DNA of 64,000 nt. Source: Octopus vulgaris. Its lineage: Eukaryota. The translations under genes were made by a program, and so were the position numbers. The notes under the pieces were generated by a model. It was given only the letters and a program-made list of their open reading frames with translations. It searched no databases and was not told the origin of the DNA. The DNA lies in contig OX597816.1 of the NCBI GenBank assembly GCA_951406725.2, forward strand, positions 145,142,001 to 145,206,000, read 5' to 3'. Of the stretch, positions 63,106 to 64,000 are shown piece after piece; the stretch's first letter is position 1; each line of letters opens with the position of its first letter.

Positions 63106-63847
63106 CATAGATCGATAGAGACAGAGGTAGGTGAAGAAATTGAAAGAGGATAAAAGAACAAGGAGAAAATGAATGATAAACCAAGAGAGATAGATATAGA
63201 GGGTACCAGAGCAAGGTAGGAGAGCGAAGAAGTGTAATGTTGCAATTTGATTGACACAACATTCTTTCTAAGAGTTCCCAGTATTCAGAAAAACAAAATT
63301 CTCTTCAATTAATGCCTAATGAATTAGTTATTAACAGACTGTTCCTTGTTTATAATTTCTAACGGTGTAAATGTAAATGTTTGTGAACATGACACATGTG
63401 CAGACAGATATTCATACATCAGCGTTAATACACACTGCCAATAACAACACATATATATCTAAGTGCTAGTAACAATATATGTGTGTGTATGTGTGTGCAT
63501 GTGTGTGTGTGTATGTGTGCGTATGCGTGTGTATGTCTGTATATGTATATATATAATATATATATATATAATTAAATGTCGAACAGTGAAAACGAGTGCT
63601 CAACACCGCATTGGCACATAAAATGTCTATATTTGTGTATTCATTGTGTGGCATTGATTTCATGTTAAGAAGAATATACTAATATCTTAACAATTTTTCA
63701 AGCTGATCACATCGAGGAATGGTGTTCGTTTCCACTTTGGAGACGAACACTATTCCTTCATGTGGACGGCTTGAAAGCTAGCTAAAATATGAGGATATTC
63801 TTCTTAACATGAAACCAATGGTAGTCTTAATACACAAATATATATTT

Positions 63848-63907
<60 letters not shown>

Positions 63908-64000
63908 GCAGAGTAGTATTTCATTGGTCATGTCATATAACCAGACAGAAATTTATCATTTGTTTACACATCCATTGCCCTTGGTATTACATGCGACCCA

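Overview
AT-rich eukaryotic genomic DNA dense in microsatellites and transposable elements. No host gene, rRNA, tRNA or CRISPR array could be supported. The repeat vocabulary resembles Octopus/cephalopod repeats; this is inferred from recall, not from a search. Recognisable coding capacity is all transposon-derived: (i) a near full-length but broken R4/Dong-type RLE retrotransposon (about 24.8-28.7 kb) plus six truncated relatives, mostly at (TAA)n tracts; (ii) a non-coding ~550 bp passenger element in four copies at the same kind of site; (iii) a GC-rich 5'-truncated RTE/BovB-like LINE with a 7-bp TSD; (iv) an apparently intact two-ORF Penelope-like element (RT + GIY-YIG) whose ORFs overlap at a U-UUU-UUU -1 slippery site; (v) decayed CR1/L2-like and mariner copies and several SINEs. 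The best unexplained structure is a ~625 bp inverted-repeat unit at 42.7-43.3 kb in which each arm carries a threadable minimal type I hammerhead ribozyme, flanked by (TA)n arrays. Partial or degenerate hammerhead motifs occur at three more sites, one ending exactly at the Penelope ORF1 AUG. Most short ORFs in the supplied track are translations of simple repeats.
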